Below are positions 10,125-20,140 of a DNA stretch of 64,000 nucleotides, one piece after another. Source of the DNA: an uncultured Planctomycetota bacterium (GTDB taxonomy: Bacteria > Planctomycetota > Planctomycetia > Isosphaerales > Isosphaeraceae); assembly GCA_963737655.1 (NCBI GenBank), contig CAVTTN010000002.1, positions 3,456,001 to 3,520,000 of the forward strand. Reading direction: 5' to 3'. Position 1 is the first letter of the stretch. Every line of letters starts with the position of its first letter. The notes beneath the pieces are model-generated. The model searched no databases and was not told where the DNA came from. It worked only from the letters and a program-made list of their open reading frames with translations. The position numbers and the translations under genes were made by a program.

Positions 10125-11252
10125 TCAGCCGCGGAACACCAGGGCCGGGTCGAGCGAGGCGACCTTGCGGAACGAGACCGCCGAGGCCCCCACGCACAAC
10201 ACCAGGGTGCCCAGGAACACGACGACCGACAGGCTCGGGGCGATCTTCAGGCGAAGGTCGATCGACGCCATCAGCGGCCTCAGGGCGTACGCCATTCCCG
10301 CCCCGAGCACGAAGCCCACGACCGCCGCGAACGCCGCTTGCTTCGCCACGATCGCGAAGATGTCCGCGTTGGTCCCGCCGATCGCCTTGACGGTGGCGAA
10401 TTCCTTGATGTGCTCCATCGTCGACGTGTAGAGGGTCTGCGCCACCACGACCACGCCGACGAGCCCGCCGAGGAAGACGGTCATGATCATGTTCAGGCCG
10501 AGCCCGGTGTTGTCGGTCCAGTAATTGCGCGACCGGGTCGCCCACTCGGTTTTCGAACGGACGTCGTTGTACGGGAGCCTCCGGCGGATCTCGTCGCGGA
10601 CGGCCCGGGGATCGGCACCGGGCGAGAGCTTCACGAGGACGTAGGTCGTCCGGTTGTGGAGCTCCTGTCGCATCAGGGACTGCGCCACGCGATAATCCAT
10701 GAAGGCGACGGGGTTCGTGGTGAACGAGCGGGCCCCTCGGGTCCGGCCGAGGATCTTGAGCCTCTGGCCCGAGATCTCGCGGTAATCGCCGTCGGCGAAG
10801 TCGCCGAACCTCTTCTTCGCGGACTCGTCCAGAAGGACGTATTTCCCCCGGCGGAGGTCGCGAGGGTCGCCGGAGATCGTCTCCCACGGCAGTCCCCAGC
10901 GGCCGAAGTCTTCGAGGGCGTACACCACCACGTTCTCGGTCACTCCGGTGGGCAGCGCCACCCGGGCGAACCAGACGATCAGGTTGTCGGCCCTCTCGAC
11001 GCCGGGGATCGAGCGGACCCGGTGGACCATCTGTTCGCTGAACGTGTTCGAGAAGTCCACATTCGGCGTGTTCCTCGCCGTGACCCAGAGGTCGGCGGCC
11101 GTCGACTCGATCGTCACCGAGGCGTTGGAGAGCAGGCCCTCGAACAGGCCCACCTGCACGAAAACCAGGGTCACCGCGAAGGCGACGCCCGAGACCGTGA
11201 TCCCGAATCGGGTCAGGTCATGGAGCAAGATCTTCCGGGCGAGATCGACCAT
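10125..11252 (-). CDS. ABC transporter permease (FtsX/DevC-like)
   Basis: N-terminal TM, periplasmic ADLWV domain, EHIKEFATVKAIG, C-terminal LDPALVFRG. Confidence 0.9.
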   Translation of the reverse strand: MVDLARKILLHDLTRFGITVSGVAFAVTLVFVQVGLFEGLLSNASVTIESTAADLWVTARNTPNVDFSNTFSEQMVHRVRSIPGVERADNLIVWFARVALPTGVTENVVVYALEDFGRWGLPWETISGDPRDLRRGKYVLLDESAKKRFGDFADGDYREISGQRLKILGRTRGARSFTTNPVAFMDYRVAQSLMRQELHNRTTYVLVKLSPGADPRAVRDEIRRRLPYNDVRSKTEWATRSRNYWTDNTGLGLNMIMTVFLGGLVGVVVVAQTLYTSTMEHIKEFATVKAIGGTNADIFAIVAKQAAFAAVVGFVLGAGMAYALRPLMASIDLRLKIAPSLSVVVFLGTLVLCVGASAVSFRKVASLDPALVFRG

Positions 11253-11273
11253 CGGTCGGGCCTCCATCCGTCG

Positions 11274-11900
11274 TCAATCCGCGACCAGCCCGCGGAGCAG
11301 GGCAGCGGACGACACCCAGGCGGCGAGTTCGATGGGCCGCCAGTCGAACCAGGGGTCGTGCTTGTGGGTCATGTGCAGGGCCACGAGGCCGTGGGCGGCC
11401 GACCAGACGACCTGGGCGATCAGGTCGGCATCGTGCAGGTCGGGCCGGAACCGGCCGGCGGCCAGCGCTTCGGCCACCGTGGCGCGGAGGAAGGCGTAGG
11501 CGTCCTGATCGGGGTTGCCCCGGTCGATCTGGCTGTTCAGGACGGCTTTCTCCGGCTTCGTCGTCAGGAACATCAGCCGGTACGAACTCGGGTGGGTCAT
11601 CGCGAACTCCACGTAGATCCGTCCCAGCTCGCGGAGCCGCTCGATCGGGTCGCGGACCTTGGCCAGCTTCGCGAACGATTGCTGCAGGGCCGAGAAGTCG
11701 GCGTCGCAGATCTCCCGGAACAGCGCGTCCTTGTCCTCGAAGTGGGTGTAGAGGGCCGCCGCCGTGTAGTCGATCTTCCGGGCGATCTGCCTCATGCTCA
11801 CCGCCTCGAACCCCCTCTCGATGAAGAGCTCCCTCGCCGCGTCCAGGATCTTGCCCCGGACGGCGTCCTTCTCCTTCTGGCGTCGTTCCTTGCTGGGCAT
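11274..11900 (-). CDS. TetR/AcrR-family regulator
   Basis: ILDAARELFIERGFEAVSMRQIARKIDYTAAALYTHFEDKDAL. Confidence 0.95.
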   Translation of the reverse strand: MPSKERRQKEKDAVRGKILDAARELFIERGFEAVSMRQIARKIDYTAAALYTHFEDKDALFREICDADFSALQQSFAKLAKVRDPIERLRELGRIYVEFAMTHPSSYRLMFLTTKPEKAVLNSQIDRGNPDQDAYAFLRATVAEALAAGRFRPDLHDADLIAQVVWSAAHGLVALHMTHKHDPWFDWRPIELAAWVSSAALLRGLVAD

Positions 11901-11914
11901 AACATCGTCCGTTC

Positions 11915-11955
11915 GGTGAACAGTGTTAATTTAACTTCCGTCGTTTAGAAATCAA
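11915..11955 (-). promoter_or_regulatory. sigma-70-like promoter with TetR-type operator
   Basis: Minus strand TTGATT-N16-TAAATT followed immediately by palindrome AACA-C-TGTT (11919-11927). Confidence 0.55.
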
Positions 11956-12053
11956 GAGGGGGCCGCGCGGAATTCTCGGAGGCGGGTCGGCTGGCGGCGA
12001 TCCGGGCGGGTAAGCTGGGACGGTCGTTCCACCCTGGGCCCGAGAACCCGCCG

Positions 12054-13368
12054 ATGGCCGCCTCCCGGACCCGAAGCCTGTTCGACGACGACGACCAGCC
12101 GTCGCCGGTGGCGGCCGACGCCCCCCTGGCCGATCGGATGAGGCCGAGGACCCTGGAGGAGTTCGTCGGGCAAGCCCACCTGGTCGGCCCCGGCCGGCTC
12201 GTCCGGCGGCTGATCGAGGGCGGAGGGCCGTTGCCGTCCCTCATCTTGTGGGGAGGCCCGGGGACGGGCAAGACCACGCTGGGCCGACTCCTGGCCGAGC
12301 GGTCCGGCGCGCGGTTCGCGCCCCTGTCGGCCGTCCTGGCGGGCGTGAAGGAGCTCCGAGAGAGGATCGAGGAGGCGAGGGAGGCCCGGCGGCGAGGCGG
12401 CCGGACCGTTTTGTTCGTCGATGAGATCCATCGATTCAACAAGTCTCAGCAAGACGCGCTCCTGCCGGCCGTCGAGGACGGCACCGTCACCCTGATCGGC
12501 GCCACCACGGAAAACCCCTCGTTCGAGGTCAACGCCGCCCTGCTGTCCAGGTCGAGGGTCCTCACCCTCCAGCCGTTGACCGGCGAGGACGTCGCCGAGA
12601 TCCTCCGTCGGGCGATCGCCGACGCCGATCGAGGGGCTCGCGGCCTTCGGGCCGAAGGTTTTGGCCGAGGATCTTGCCCGTCTGGCGACGGCCTCGGGCG
12701 GGGATGCGCGGGTGGCGCTCACGGCCCTGGAAACGGCCGTCCTGGCCGCCCCGACCGCGGCCGACGGTTCCCGGACCGTCGATCGCGAGGCCCTGGCCGA
12801 GGCGATGGGCCGGGCTCGGTTCGCCTATGACAAGGGGGGCGAGGACCATTACAACCTCGCCTCGGCCCTGATCAAGTCGCTGCGAAACTCGGACGCGAAC
12901 GCCGGACTCTACTGGCTCGCCCGGTTGATCGAGGGCGGGGCCGACCCGGTGTTCATCGCCAGACGACTCTGCATCCTCGCCTCGGAGGACATCGGCCTTG
13001 CCGACCCGGCCGCGATGGTCCAGGCCGCCTCGGCGGCCCAGATCGTCCAGATGATCGGCCTGCCCGAAGGGCTCTATCCGCTCTCCCAGGCGACGGTTTA
13101 CCTGGCCAGGGCCCCCAAGTCCAACGCCCTGAAAACCGCCTACTTCGCCGCCGCCGAGGACGCCGCCGAGACGGCCAGGGAACCCGTCCCGCTCCACCTT
13201 CGCAACGCGGTGACGAATCTCATGAAGGCCGAGGGGTACGGGCAAGGATACCGATACGTCCACGACGACCCGGCCGCCCGGGGCGAGATGACTTGCCTCC
13301 CCGAGCGGCTCGCGGGCCGCGAGTATCTGCGATCGGAGGCCGACGACGCCAGTGTCGGAGGGGGATGA
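12054..13368 (+). CDS. rarA: Replication-associated recombination protein A (MgsA/RarA); frameshift near 12630-12660
   Basis: [76 protein letters not shown]. Confidence 0.95.
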
Positions 13369-13497
13369 GCCCGCCCTGAGGCGTCGTAACGGCGATTGCC
13401 GAGATTGTGATCTTTCCGGAAAGGAACCTCGATCGGCGATCGCGGACCCGACGGGAACCAGGGCACTTCCTCGAGGGGAACGGGCCGCGCTCTCCGA

Positions 13498-16400
13498 TCA
13501 GGCGGGGGGTTCCTTCCAGAAGCCCTCCCGAGGAGCCGGCTTCCGCCCCGACAGGAACCGACCGGCTTTCTGGAGCAACCCCTCCACCGGCAGGGGCGGC
13601 GAGTACTTCCTCAGGTCGTCGGCCAGTTCCTTGGCCGTCGCATAACGACGCGATGGGTCGCTCACCAACGCCTTCTTGCAGACCTCCTCCAGGTCCGAGG
13701 GGACGGCCGGATGGACCTGGCGGGCGGGCCTGGCCTCGCCGACCATGATCGACTTGCAGATCTCCATCGGGCTCGAGCCCGGGAATGGCCAGTCCCCGGT
13801 CAGGGTCGTGAAGAGGATCACCCCGAGGGCGAACATGTCGTTCGAAACGCTCTGGGCCGTCCCGCCCTTCCAGACCTCAGGCGCGATGTAATGGGGGGTG
13901 CCGGAGATCATGCCCTCGGGGGACAGGAACGGGGCGAACCCCGAGAGCATGACCGAGCCGTCCTCCCCGATCAGGACGTTCCTCGTCTTCAGATTGCCGT
14001 GGATCAGCCCGCGAACGTGGCAGGAATGGACGATTTCGGCCAGGCGCGCCACGATGTCGGCGGCCCGGGCCGGTTCGAGCCGTTTTCCTCCTTCGAGGAG
14101 GTCCGCCAGGCTCGGCCACGGCAGATGCCGGGAGACCAGGAAGAGGCAGCCGTCGCCGGGGATCACTTCGAGGATCGGCATGAGGCCCGGGAGGTTGTCC
14201 TTCGAAAGCAACTCGACCCGGCGAATCAGAGAGGACTCGACCGACGGGTCGGCGGGCCGGGGGTACGAGCGGATCTCGACCTCGAAGCCCCGAGAAGGGT
14301 CGAACCCCTTGTATTTCGTGCCGATCCCGCCCCGGCCCACGACCTCCAGGCGATCGAACCGAGGGAGAGGGGGCACGGACCGGTCGATGCGTCCGGAGAT
14401 CTTCGGCGCCGGTTCCTGCGAGGCCGGGCGAATGGAGTCGAAGTCGTCGATCGTGTCGCCCAAGGAGCTGGAGTTCGTCGTCGGCACCGAAGGGGGAGGA
14501 GTCGAAGGCGGAGGGGCCGACCGCGGAGAGGCGGCCGGGGCGGGGAGGAACGCATCGAGGAATCGGGCGATCCCGAAATCCAGGAGCGAACCCCCACCTC
14601 CCAGGGCCCTGGACGGGCTGGAGAGGAACGACGCGCTCGATTCCGGGGCCCGGTAGCGGGGCATGGTCCGCGTCACAAGAGACGCCTCCGCCGGAGCTTC
14701 CACCGGCTGGGTGACCCGGAGGACCCGGCCGCCTGGATTCACGGTCTGGGAACGATCGATCGCCACGAACGCCGTGAAGCGGCAAAGAACCCCGTATTTC
14801 AGGCTCGTTTCGACGATCGTCCGCTCCAGGGCCCGGCGGTCTTCTCGGCCGATGGCGAAGCGGTCTTCGAGCTCTCGAACCTTCAGGCGGGCCCAGGCCG
14901 AAGCAACCGCCGGATTGGTTCGGATCGAGCCTGGGACCTGCTCTCGCCACGGCTCGCCCCGACCATCGAGGGCCGCCACGGCGATCGAACCCGGAGGACG
15001 CCCCAGGAATCGTCCCAGGATCAGCGCAGGGACGCCGGGGACGAGGTGGAGCCGGCCTCCCGGGACGACCGAATCGGCCTCGATCTCCCCTCCGATCGCT
15101 TCGAGCCTCAGGTCGGACAGGACCGGCGGGCCGATCCGCCGGCGGATGGTGTCGAGGACCTCGTCGAGCCGGTCCTCGGACTCCACGATCTCGCACGAGC
15201 CTCCGCCCAGGCCCGCCAGGCGGTGGAGGAACCCCTCGTTCACCGCCAGGTCGATCCCCAGGGCAAAGACCCGGACGCCTTCCAGCATCGGGGCGAGCGA
15301 TCGCAGGACCTGGTCCTCGTTGCCGATCTGGCCGTCGGTCACGAGGACGAGGAGGCGGTCCCGTCCCGGATCGTTTCGGGCCAGCTCGCGGGCCGCGGCG
15401 ACCAGGGCCGGGGCCATCTCGGTTCCTCCGTCGGCGCCCAGGTCGGCGAGGAACTCGACGGCGGCGAACCTCTGGCGATCTCCGGCCGGGACGAGCGACG
15501 GCCCCGCCTTCGGGGTCTGGATCGACCCGCTGAAGGCGATCAGTCCGAAGCGGTCCGGCTCGGCCAGGGAATCGATCATCCGGGCCATCGCCCGCCGGGC
15601 CGCCACGATCTTCCAGCCGTCCATGCTGCCGGATCGGTCGAGGACGAACATCACGTCCCTCGGCTTCCGGGCCGATCGCGGGCCGATGGCCGGGGGGATC
15701 ACCGTCAGGGCGAACGTCCCTCCCGAGACCGACTCGGGATGGACCGTCAGGGCCGACGCGATGCCCTCGCCCCCGAGGCGGAACCGCAGCACGAAGTCGC
15801 GATCGAGCCGGGCGTCCGGGTTCAGACGCACTCGAAACGCGCCGTCGATCTCCTCGGTGGTCGTCCCGAGAAGGCTCGAACGGAGGTCATCGACGGCCCC
15901 TCCCGACGAGTGGACGTCGATCGTCAGGGAGAGCCGGACCGGGTCGCGAAACCCGGGAAGGAGGACCGGAGGAGAGATCCGCGACGCATCGGGCACGGCG
16001 TCGGTGTCGATCGCCTGGCCGTCGCCGACCGGGTCGCCGGGCAAGGGCGTGCCGGGGATGTATCGGGGAGCGACGACCAGGGGGAACCGGAACGTGACCT
16101 CGCCGTCCTGATACGGCAGGACGCCGGCCATGGTGAACTCGATCTGGGCCTCTTCGCCCGGCATCAGGTTCCCCGCGCGGAGGGTGAAGACGCCCGGCCT
16201 CTCCTCCTCGGCGATCGAGGCCCGTCGCCCTTCGTCCAGGGCGGCCTCGTAGTCGCGACGCGCCTTGCCCCTCTCTTCCAGGAGCCCGTCGATGACCCGT
16301 CCGTTGACGACCATCCGGAAGCCGAGGACGGCCGCTCGATCGGGCAAGGGGAAAATATAGGTGGCTTCGAGAGCTTCGTCGGTCCCGTTGACGAACGTCT

Positions 16401-16563
16401 GGCGGAGGACGACCTGCGCGAGGAGGCCGTCGATCCGCCCCTCGATGCTCATGGCCTTCAGGGGCAGGTGGCCTCGGGCGGTCGCCAGGGCGCCGAAGCC
16501 CCGGTCGAGCCGTTCGGCCTCGGATCGGTCCTCGTCGTCGAGAAGGGGCAGCGGCCTGGTCAT
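13498..16563 (-). CDS. VIT + vWA domain protein fused to a C-terminal Ser/Thr pseudokinase domain
   Basis: VIT: QTFVN...LEATYIFPLP; vWA MIDAS DRSGS, GGTE, VTDG; Pro/Ser linker; kinase fold GRGGIG, HGNLKTRN, GTPHYIAPE, DMFALG. Confidence 0.9.
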   Translation of the reverse strand: MTRPLPLLDDEDRSEAERLDRGFGALATARGHLPLKAMSIEGRIDGLLAQVVLRQTFVNGTDEALEATYIFPLPDRAAVLGFRMVVNGRVIDGLLEERGKARRDYEAALDEGRRASIAEEERPGVFTLRAGNLMPGEEAQIEFTMAGVLPYQDGEVTFRFPLVVAPRYIPGTPLPGDPVGDGQAIDTDAVPDASRISPPVLLPGFRDPVRLSLTIDVHSSGGAVDDLRSSLLGTTTEEIDGAFRVRLNPDARLDRDFVLRFRLGGEGIASALTVHPESVSGGTFALTVIPPAIGPRSARKPRDVMFVLDRSGSMDGWKIVAARRAMARMIDSLAEPDRFGLIAFSGSIQTPKAGPSLVPAGDRQRFAAVEFLADLGADGGTEMAPALVAAARELARNDPGRDRLLVLVTDGQIGNEDQVLRSLAPMLEGVRVFALGIDLAVNEGFLHRLAGLGGGSCEIVESEDRLDEVLDTIRRRIGPPVLSDLRLEAIGGEIEADSVVPGGRLHLVPGVPALILGRFLGRPPGSIAVAALDGRGEPWREQVPGSIRTNPAVASAWARLKVRELEDRFAIGREDRRALERTIVETSLKYGVLCRFTAFVAIDRSQTVNPGGRVLRVTQPVEAPAEASLVTRTMPRYRAPESSASFLSSPSRALGGGGSLLDFGIARFLDAFLPAPAASPRSAPPPSTPPPSVPTTNSSSLGDTIDDFDSIRPASQEPAPKISGRIDRSVPPLPRFDRLEVVGRGGIGTKYKGFDPSRGFEVEIRSYPRPADPSVESSLIRRVELLSKDNLPGLMPILEVIPGDGCLFLVSRHLPWPSLADLLEGGKRLEPARAADIVARLAEIVHSCHVRGLIHGNLKTRNVLIGEDGSVMLSGFAPFLSPEGMISGTPHYIAPEVWKGGTAQSVSNDMFALGVILFTTLTGDWPFPGSSPMEICKSIMVGEARPARQVHPAVPSDLEEVCKKALVSDPSRRYATAKELADDLRKYSPPLPVEGLLQKAGRFLSGRKPAPREGFWKEPPA

Positions 16564-17123
16564 CGCTCGACTCCCGGGCGGTGGGGGATCAGTCCTCGGA
16601 GCTTCAAGAATTCCAGCAACGGGGCCGCCGCAAGCCGGATGACTCGCAAGTCCTCCGAGTCGAGCGGGCGCTGAGACGGGAAGGACACTGTCACGTCGGA
16701 CCCGAGATCGATCGTCCGTGACGAGGCCGAGGCGGGCGGCTCCGCCTCCGCAGGGCTCGGCGTCGGTGACGGGGGATCTTTCCAGAAGCTTCGGTCCCGA
16801 CCGGCCCGGGCCATCGTCTCCAGGGCCGAGCTGGAAAGGCCGATCAACTGCTCCTGGATCTCCGAGAGGCGTCTCCCCTCGGCCTGAAGCCGTTTGATCG
16901 AAACCAGTTGCAGCAAATGCCTCCGGCCATAGAGGGCCGTTCGGCCCCTCATCTCCGAGGGACGATCGAGCAGGCCGAGCGTCGTGTAATAGCGGATCGT
17001 CCGCAGGTCGGGGACATCGCGGACCCGTCCGCTGGGGACCCCCTCGTAGCCTTCCGAGAGCACCTCGGCGACCCGATCGCGGAGCTCGTCGATCGTCCAG
17101 AGGGCGGGTTCGTCGATCTTCAT
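16560..17123 (-). CDS. MerR-type HTH regulator, translationally coupled to the VIT-vWA gene
   Basis: PDLRTIRYYTTLGLLDRP...ALYGRRHLLQLVSIKRLQAEG; ATGA overlap with the downstream gene. Confidence 0.9.
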   Translation of the reverse strand: MKIDEPALWTIDELRDRVAEVLSEGYEGVPSGRVRDVPDLRTIRYYTTLGLLDRPSEMRGRTALYGRRHLLQLVSIKRLQAEGRRLSEIQEQLIGLSSSALETMARAGRDRSFWKDPPSPTPSPAEAEPPASASSRTIDLGSDVTVSFPSQRPLDSEDLRVIRLAAAPLLEFLKLRGLIPHRPGVER

Positions 17124-17158
17124 GACAGTGTTATACGGGCGTCATGCAACACTGTCAA
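17123..17158 (-). promoter_or_regulatory. Near-consensus sigma-70 promoter giving a leaderless mRNA, overlapped by a 10-bp inverted repeat
   Basis: Minus strand TTGACA-N17-TATAAC-N6-ATG; TGACAGTGTT (17123-17132) and AACACTGTCA (17148-17157). Confidence 0.8.
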
Positions 17159-17296
17159 GGAGGACGTCGGCGGGATTTTCGGCCTCACGACGCGAAACCG
17201 CGAACCGTCCCCGGGAGGCCAGAAGGCGCTCCGGGGACGGTTCGCGGTTTCCTGGGATCGATTCGGAAGCAGGACCCGGCTTGGGGCCGCCGTCTC

Positions 17297-18652
17297 TCAG
17301 GCGAGCTCGGCGAGGGCGGCGTCGACGATCGCCTCGTGGGCCGCCGCCTTGAGGTTCCTGGTCGTCACCTGGAGCTTGACCGTCTTGGCGTGCACGACCT
17401 TCTTGACGACCTTCTTCTTGTGGTGCTTCTTCGTCGCGGTCGCGGCGGTCGAGGCCGGCGCGGTGACCGTGGAAGAGGTGGGCGTCGAGGTGGTCGTGAC
17501 GGCCACCAGGTCGTTCACCAGGGCGGTGCCGTTGGGCGTGCCCAGGCCGTTCGAGGTGCTCGCCGAGGTCGTCGCGGCCGTGGTGGCGAACGGGAAGAAG
17601 ATGGGGAAGGAGCCTCCCCAGACATAGCCGCCATAGCCGCCGGAGCTGGTGGCCTGAGACACGGAGTTGTAGTCGGTCGAGGCGACCGCATACAGGGCCG
17701 GCAGGGTCTGCGAGGGGCCGTCGAGGCTGGACTGGCCGGCGAAGTAACGGCCCTCGTCGGCGATGGCGACGATCGCCGCCCAGGCCGGCGAGCCGAGGCT
17801 GGTCCCGCCCACGGTCCTCCAGCCGCTCTGGCCGTTGGTGCTGGACGTCGAATAGACCGAGACGCCGGTCCGGGGGTCGGCCACGAACGAGACGTCCGGC
17901 GTGCTCCTCTGCCCGGTGGACTGGACTTTGCTTTGATAGCTCGGCTCGGCCTCGAACTGGCTGTAGCCGCCCCCGCTGCTGGACCAGGCCGTCTCCGAGG
18001 CGATCGCCCCGGTGCTGTCCAGGTTCAGCGTCGTCCCGCCGACGGAAAGCACATTGGGCGAGGCCGCCGGCCACTCGGCGCCGGCCTGGATGCCGCTGTC
18101 GCCGCTGGCGGCGACGAAGGTGATCGGCGTATGACCGGCCGGCGTGGTGAAGTAGGAATCATAGGCCGTCTCGCCCGAGAATTCGGGGAATCCCCAGCTC
18201 ATCGAGACGGTCGAGACGCCCGGCGTGTTCCGGGCCGTGTTGAGGGCCGACATGAGGTCCGGCAGGCTCTCCGACGCCGCCTCGACCACCAGGATCTTGG
18301 CCCCGGGAGCGATCGCGTGGGCCCACTCGACGTCCAGCTCCTCCTCGCCGGACCAGCCCACGTCGGTATTGTTGCCCGCCTGGTTCACCACGGTCAAAGA
18401 CGGTGTCGGCAGTCCGTAGGCCGAATCGAAGACTTGCAAGTTCGCGGCGAGGTTCGGGTCGTGGTAGGCCTCGATCAGGGCGATCGTCTGGCCCGCCCCA
18501 TCCCCTTTCACGGCCCCGCTCGACGAGTTGAAAACGATGGCGTCCAGGCCGTAGGCGTGGGTGATCTGGGCCGGGGACAGCCCGGAGAGCAAGCATCGAT
18601 CATCCAGACGATCGACGTCCGGACGCAGAACGCGGCGTCGGGTGGGGGACAT
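17297..18652 (-). CDS. Secreted S53 (sedolisin/kumamolisin-like) peptidase
   Basis: LDDRCLLS N-terminal motif; EEELDVE, SMSWG, ASGDSG, PDVS, GGTSL catalytic motifs. Confidence 0.9.
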   Translation of the reverse strand: MSPTRRRVLRPDVDRLDDRCLLSGLSPAQITHAYGLDAIVFNSSSGAVKGDGAGQTIALIEAYHDPNLAANLQVFDSAYGLPTPSLTVVNQAGNNTDVGWSGEEELDVEWAHAIAPGAKILVVEAASESLPDLMSALNTARNTPGVSTVSMSWGFPEFSGETAYDSYFTTPAGHTPITFVAASGDSGIQAGAEWPAASPNVLSVGGTTLNLDSTGAIASETAWSSSGGGYSQFEAEPSYQSKVQSTGQRSTPDVSFVADPRTGVSVYSTSSTNGQSGWRTVGGTSLGSPAWAAIVAIADEGRYFAGQSSLDGPSQTLPALYAVASTDYNSVSQATSSGGYGGYVWGGSFPIFFPFATTAATTSASTSNGLGTPNGTALVNDLVAVTTTSTPTSSTVTAPASTAATATKKHHKKKVVKKVVHAKTVKLQVTTRNLKAAAHEAIVDAALAELA

Positions 18653-18880
18653 GGATTCGTCCGACGGGAGCTCAGGGATGGAGGGACCGTCCATGGTGCC
18701 GGGCGACAATCCGTCGAGCTACGATATCTTAGCGTCCTCCCGCCGGCCCTGCGCGCGCCTTTCTGAGATTCCCGCGCGATCGCATGAGAGGATGGGCAAA
18801 CACGGAAGAGTCGGCGGGCGATGCCGAGCCGGTCGGGCGGCCGAGACCGCCTCGAACCGACCCGGACGACCCTCAAGACC

Positions 18881-19900
18881 TCACCAACCCTTCCCCTTGG
18901 TCGTCAGCCGAACCCGGCCAATGTACATATCGGCGGTGATAAACAAGGTCGATCCGTCCTCGCCCCAGCCGCAATTCGCCGTGGCCTGGCCGGTGGCGAA
19001 CGTCCCGAGGTGGGTGCCGTCGGGCGCGAAGACCAGGACGCCCCCGGGGCCCGTGGCGAAGAGGTTGCCGTCGCGGTCCACCTTCATGCCGTCGGGGAGG
19101 CCCGGCTTCGACCCCACGTCCCTGGTCACGTCGGCGAACACCCGGCCGGGGCCGACCGAGCCGTCGTCCTTCAGGGGGAACGCCATCCAGATCGCCTTCT
19201 TGGGGTCGGAATTGGCGACGTAGAGCGTCGTTTCGTTGGGGGAGAGCGCGATCCCGTTGGGGAAGGTCATCTCCTTGGTCACGAGCGAGACCTTGCCGTC
19301 GGCGCCGATCCGGTAGACGCCGTTGTAGGGGATCTCCTTGGCGGGATCGGCGTTGTTCTTGACGAGTCCGTAGGGCGGGTCGGTGAAGAAGAAGTCGCCT
19401 TTGGATCGGAACGTGCCGTCATTGGGGCTGTTGAACCGCTTGCCCTCGAAGCGGTCGGCCAGGGTCACGTACTGGCCATTCTTGCCGGCCCGGGCGACCC
19501 GGCGGTCGCCGTGCTGCATGAGGACGAGGTGGCCGTCGGGGTCGAGCGTCAGGCCGTTCGACCCCGGTTCGCCTTCCCGGCTCGGCCCGCCGGTGTAGCC
19601 GCTCGGGTGGAGGAAGACGTCCACCCCCTTGCCCTCCCTCCAGCGGTAGACGGTGTTCCGGGGGACGTCGGAGAACAGCAGCATGTCTTCCCCCTTGAGC
19701 CAGACCGGGCCCTCGGACCAGTCGAACCCCTCGGCGATCCGCTCGACCCGGGCGTCCCGGGGGACGATCTTGTCGAATCGCGGGTCGAGCCGCTCGATGG
19801 TGCCGAGAGAGGGAGAGGCCGCCTTCTCCTGGGCGATGGCCGAGGAGGCCACGGCGATCAGGAACAGGGGGACGAGGCCGGCGCGCAAGGTCGTTTTCAT
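18881..19900 (-). CDS. SMP-30/gluconolactonase/LRE family protein
   Basis: Signal peptide; WSEGPVW, GSNGL, FNSPND, PNGIALSP, PDGMKVD. Confidence 0.92.
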   Translation of the reverse strand: MKTTLRAGLVPLFLIAVASSAIAQEKAASPSLGTIERLDPRFDKIVPRDARVERIAEGFDWSEGPVWLKGEDMLLFSDVPRNTVYRWREGKGVDVFLHPSGYTGGPSREGEPGSNGLTLDPDGHLVLMQHGDRRVARAGKNGQYVTLADRFEGKRFNSPNDGTFRSKGDFFFTDPPYGLVKNNADPAKEIPYNGVYRIGADGKVSLVTKEMTFPNGIALSPNETTLYVANSDPKKAIWMAFPLKDDGSVGPGRVFADVTRDVGSKPGLPDGMKVDRDGNLFATGPGGVLVFAPDGTHLGTFATGQATANCGWGEDGSTLFITADMYIGRVRLTTKGKGW

Positions 19901-20140
19901 CGGGGAAGGCGCCTCGAAAAAGGGCAATCTGCGGGCGAGAAGCCGGAGAGAACCGGCCGGCACGACGCGATCAGGCTAATCGGCCCGGGGGCGGTCGGCA
20001 ACGGGGCCCCGTTCACCTCGCGACGCGGCCCGACCGCTTCCCACAAATTTCACTCCACGATCCCGGCGATCGAATCGTACTGGAGATCGGACCAATCTCG
20101 TGGGCCGCCCCGGCCCGTCCCACCGCCGAGGAGACCGACC

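Noticed and set aside
11919..17157. Shared AACACTGT core in the TetR and MerR promoter palindromes as cross-regulation
   Set aside because: Only 8 bp, with different symmetry and spacing; could be coincidence.
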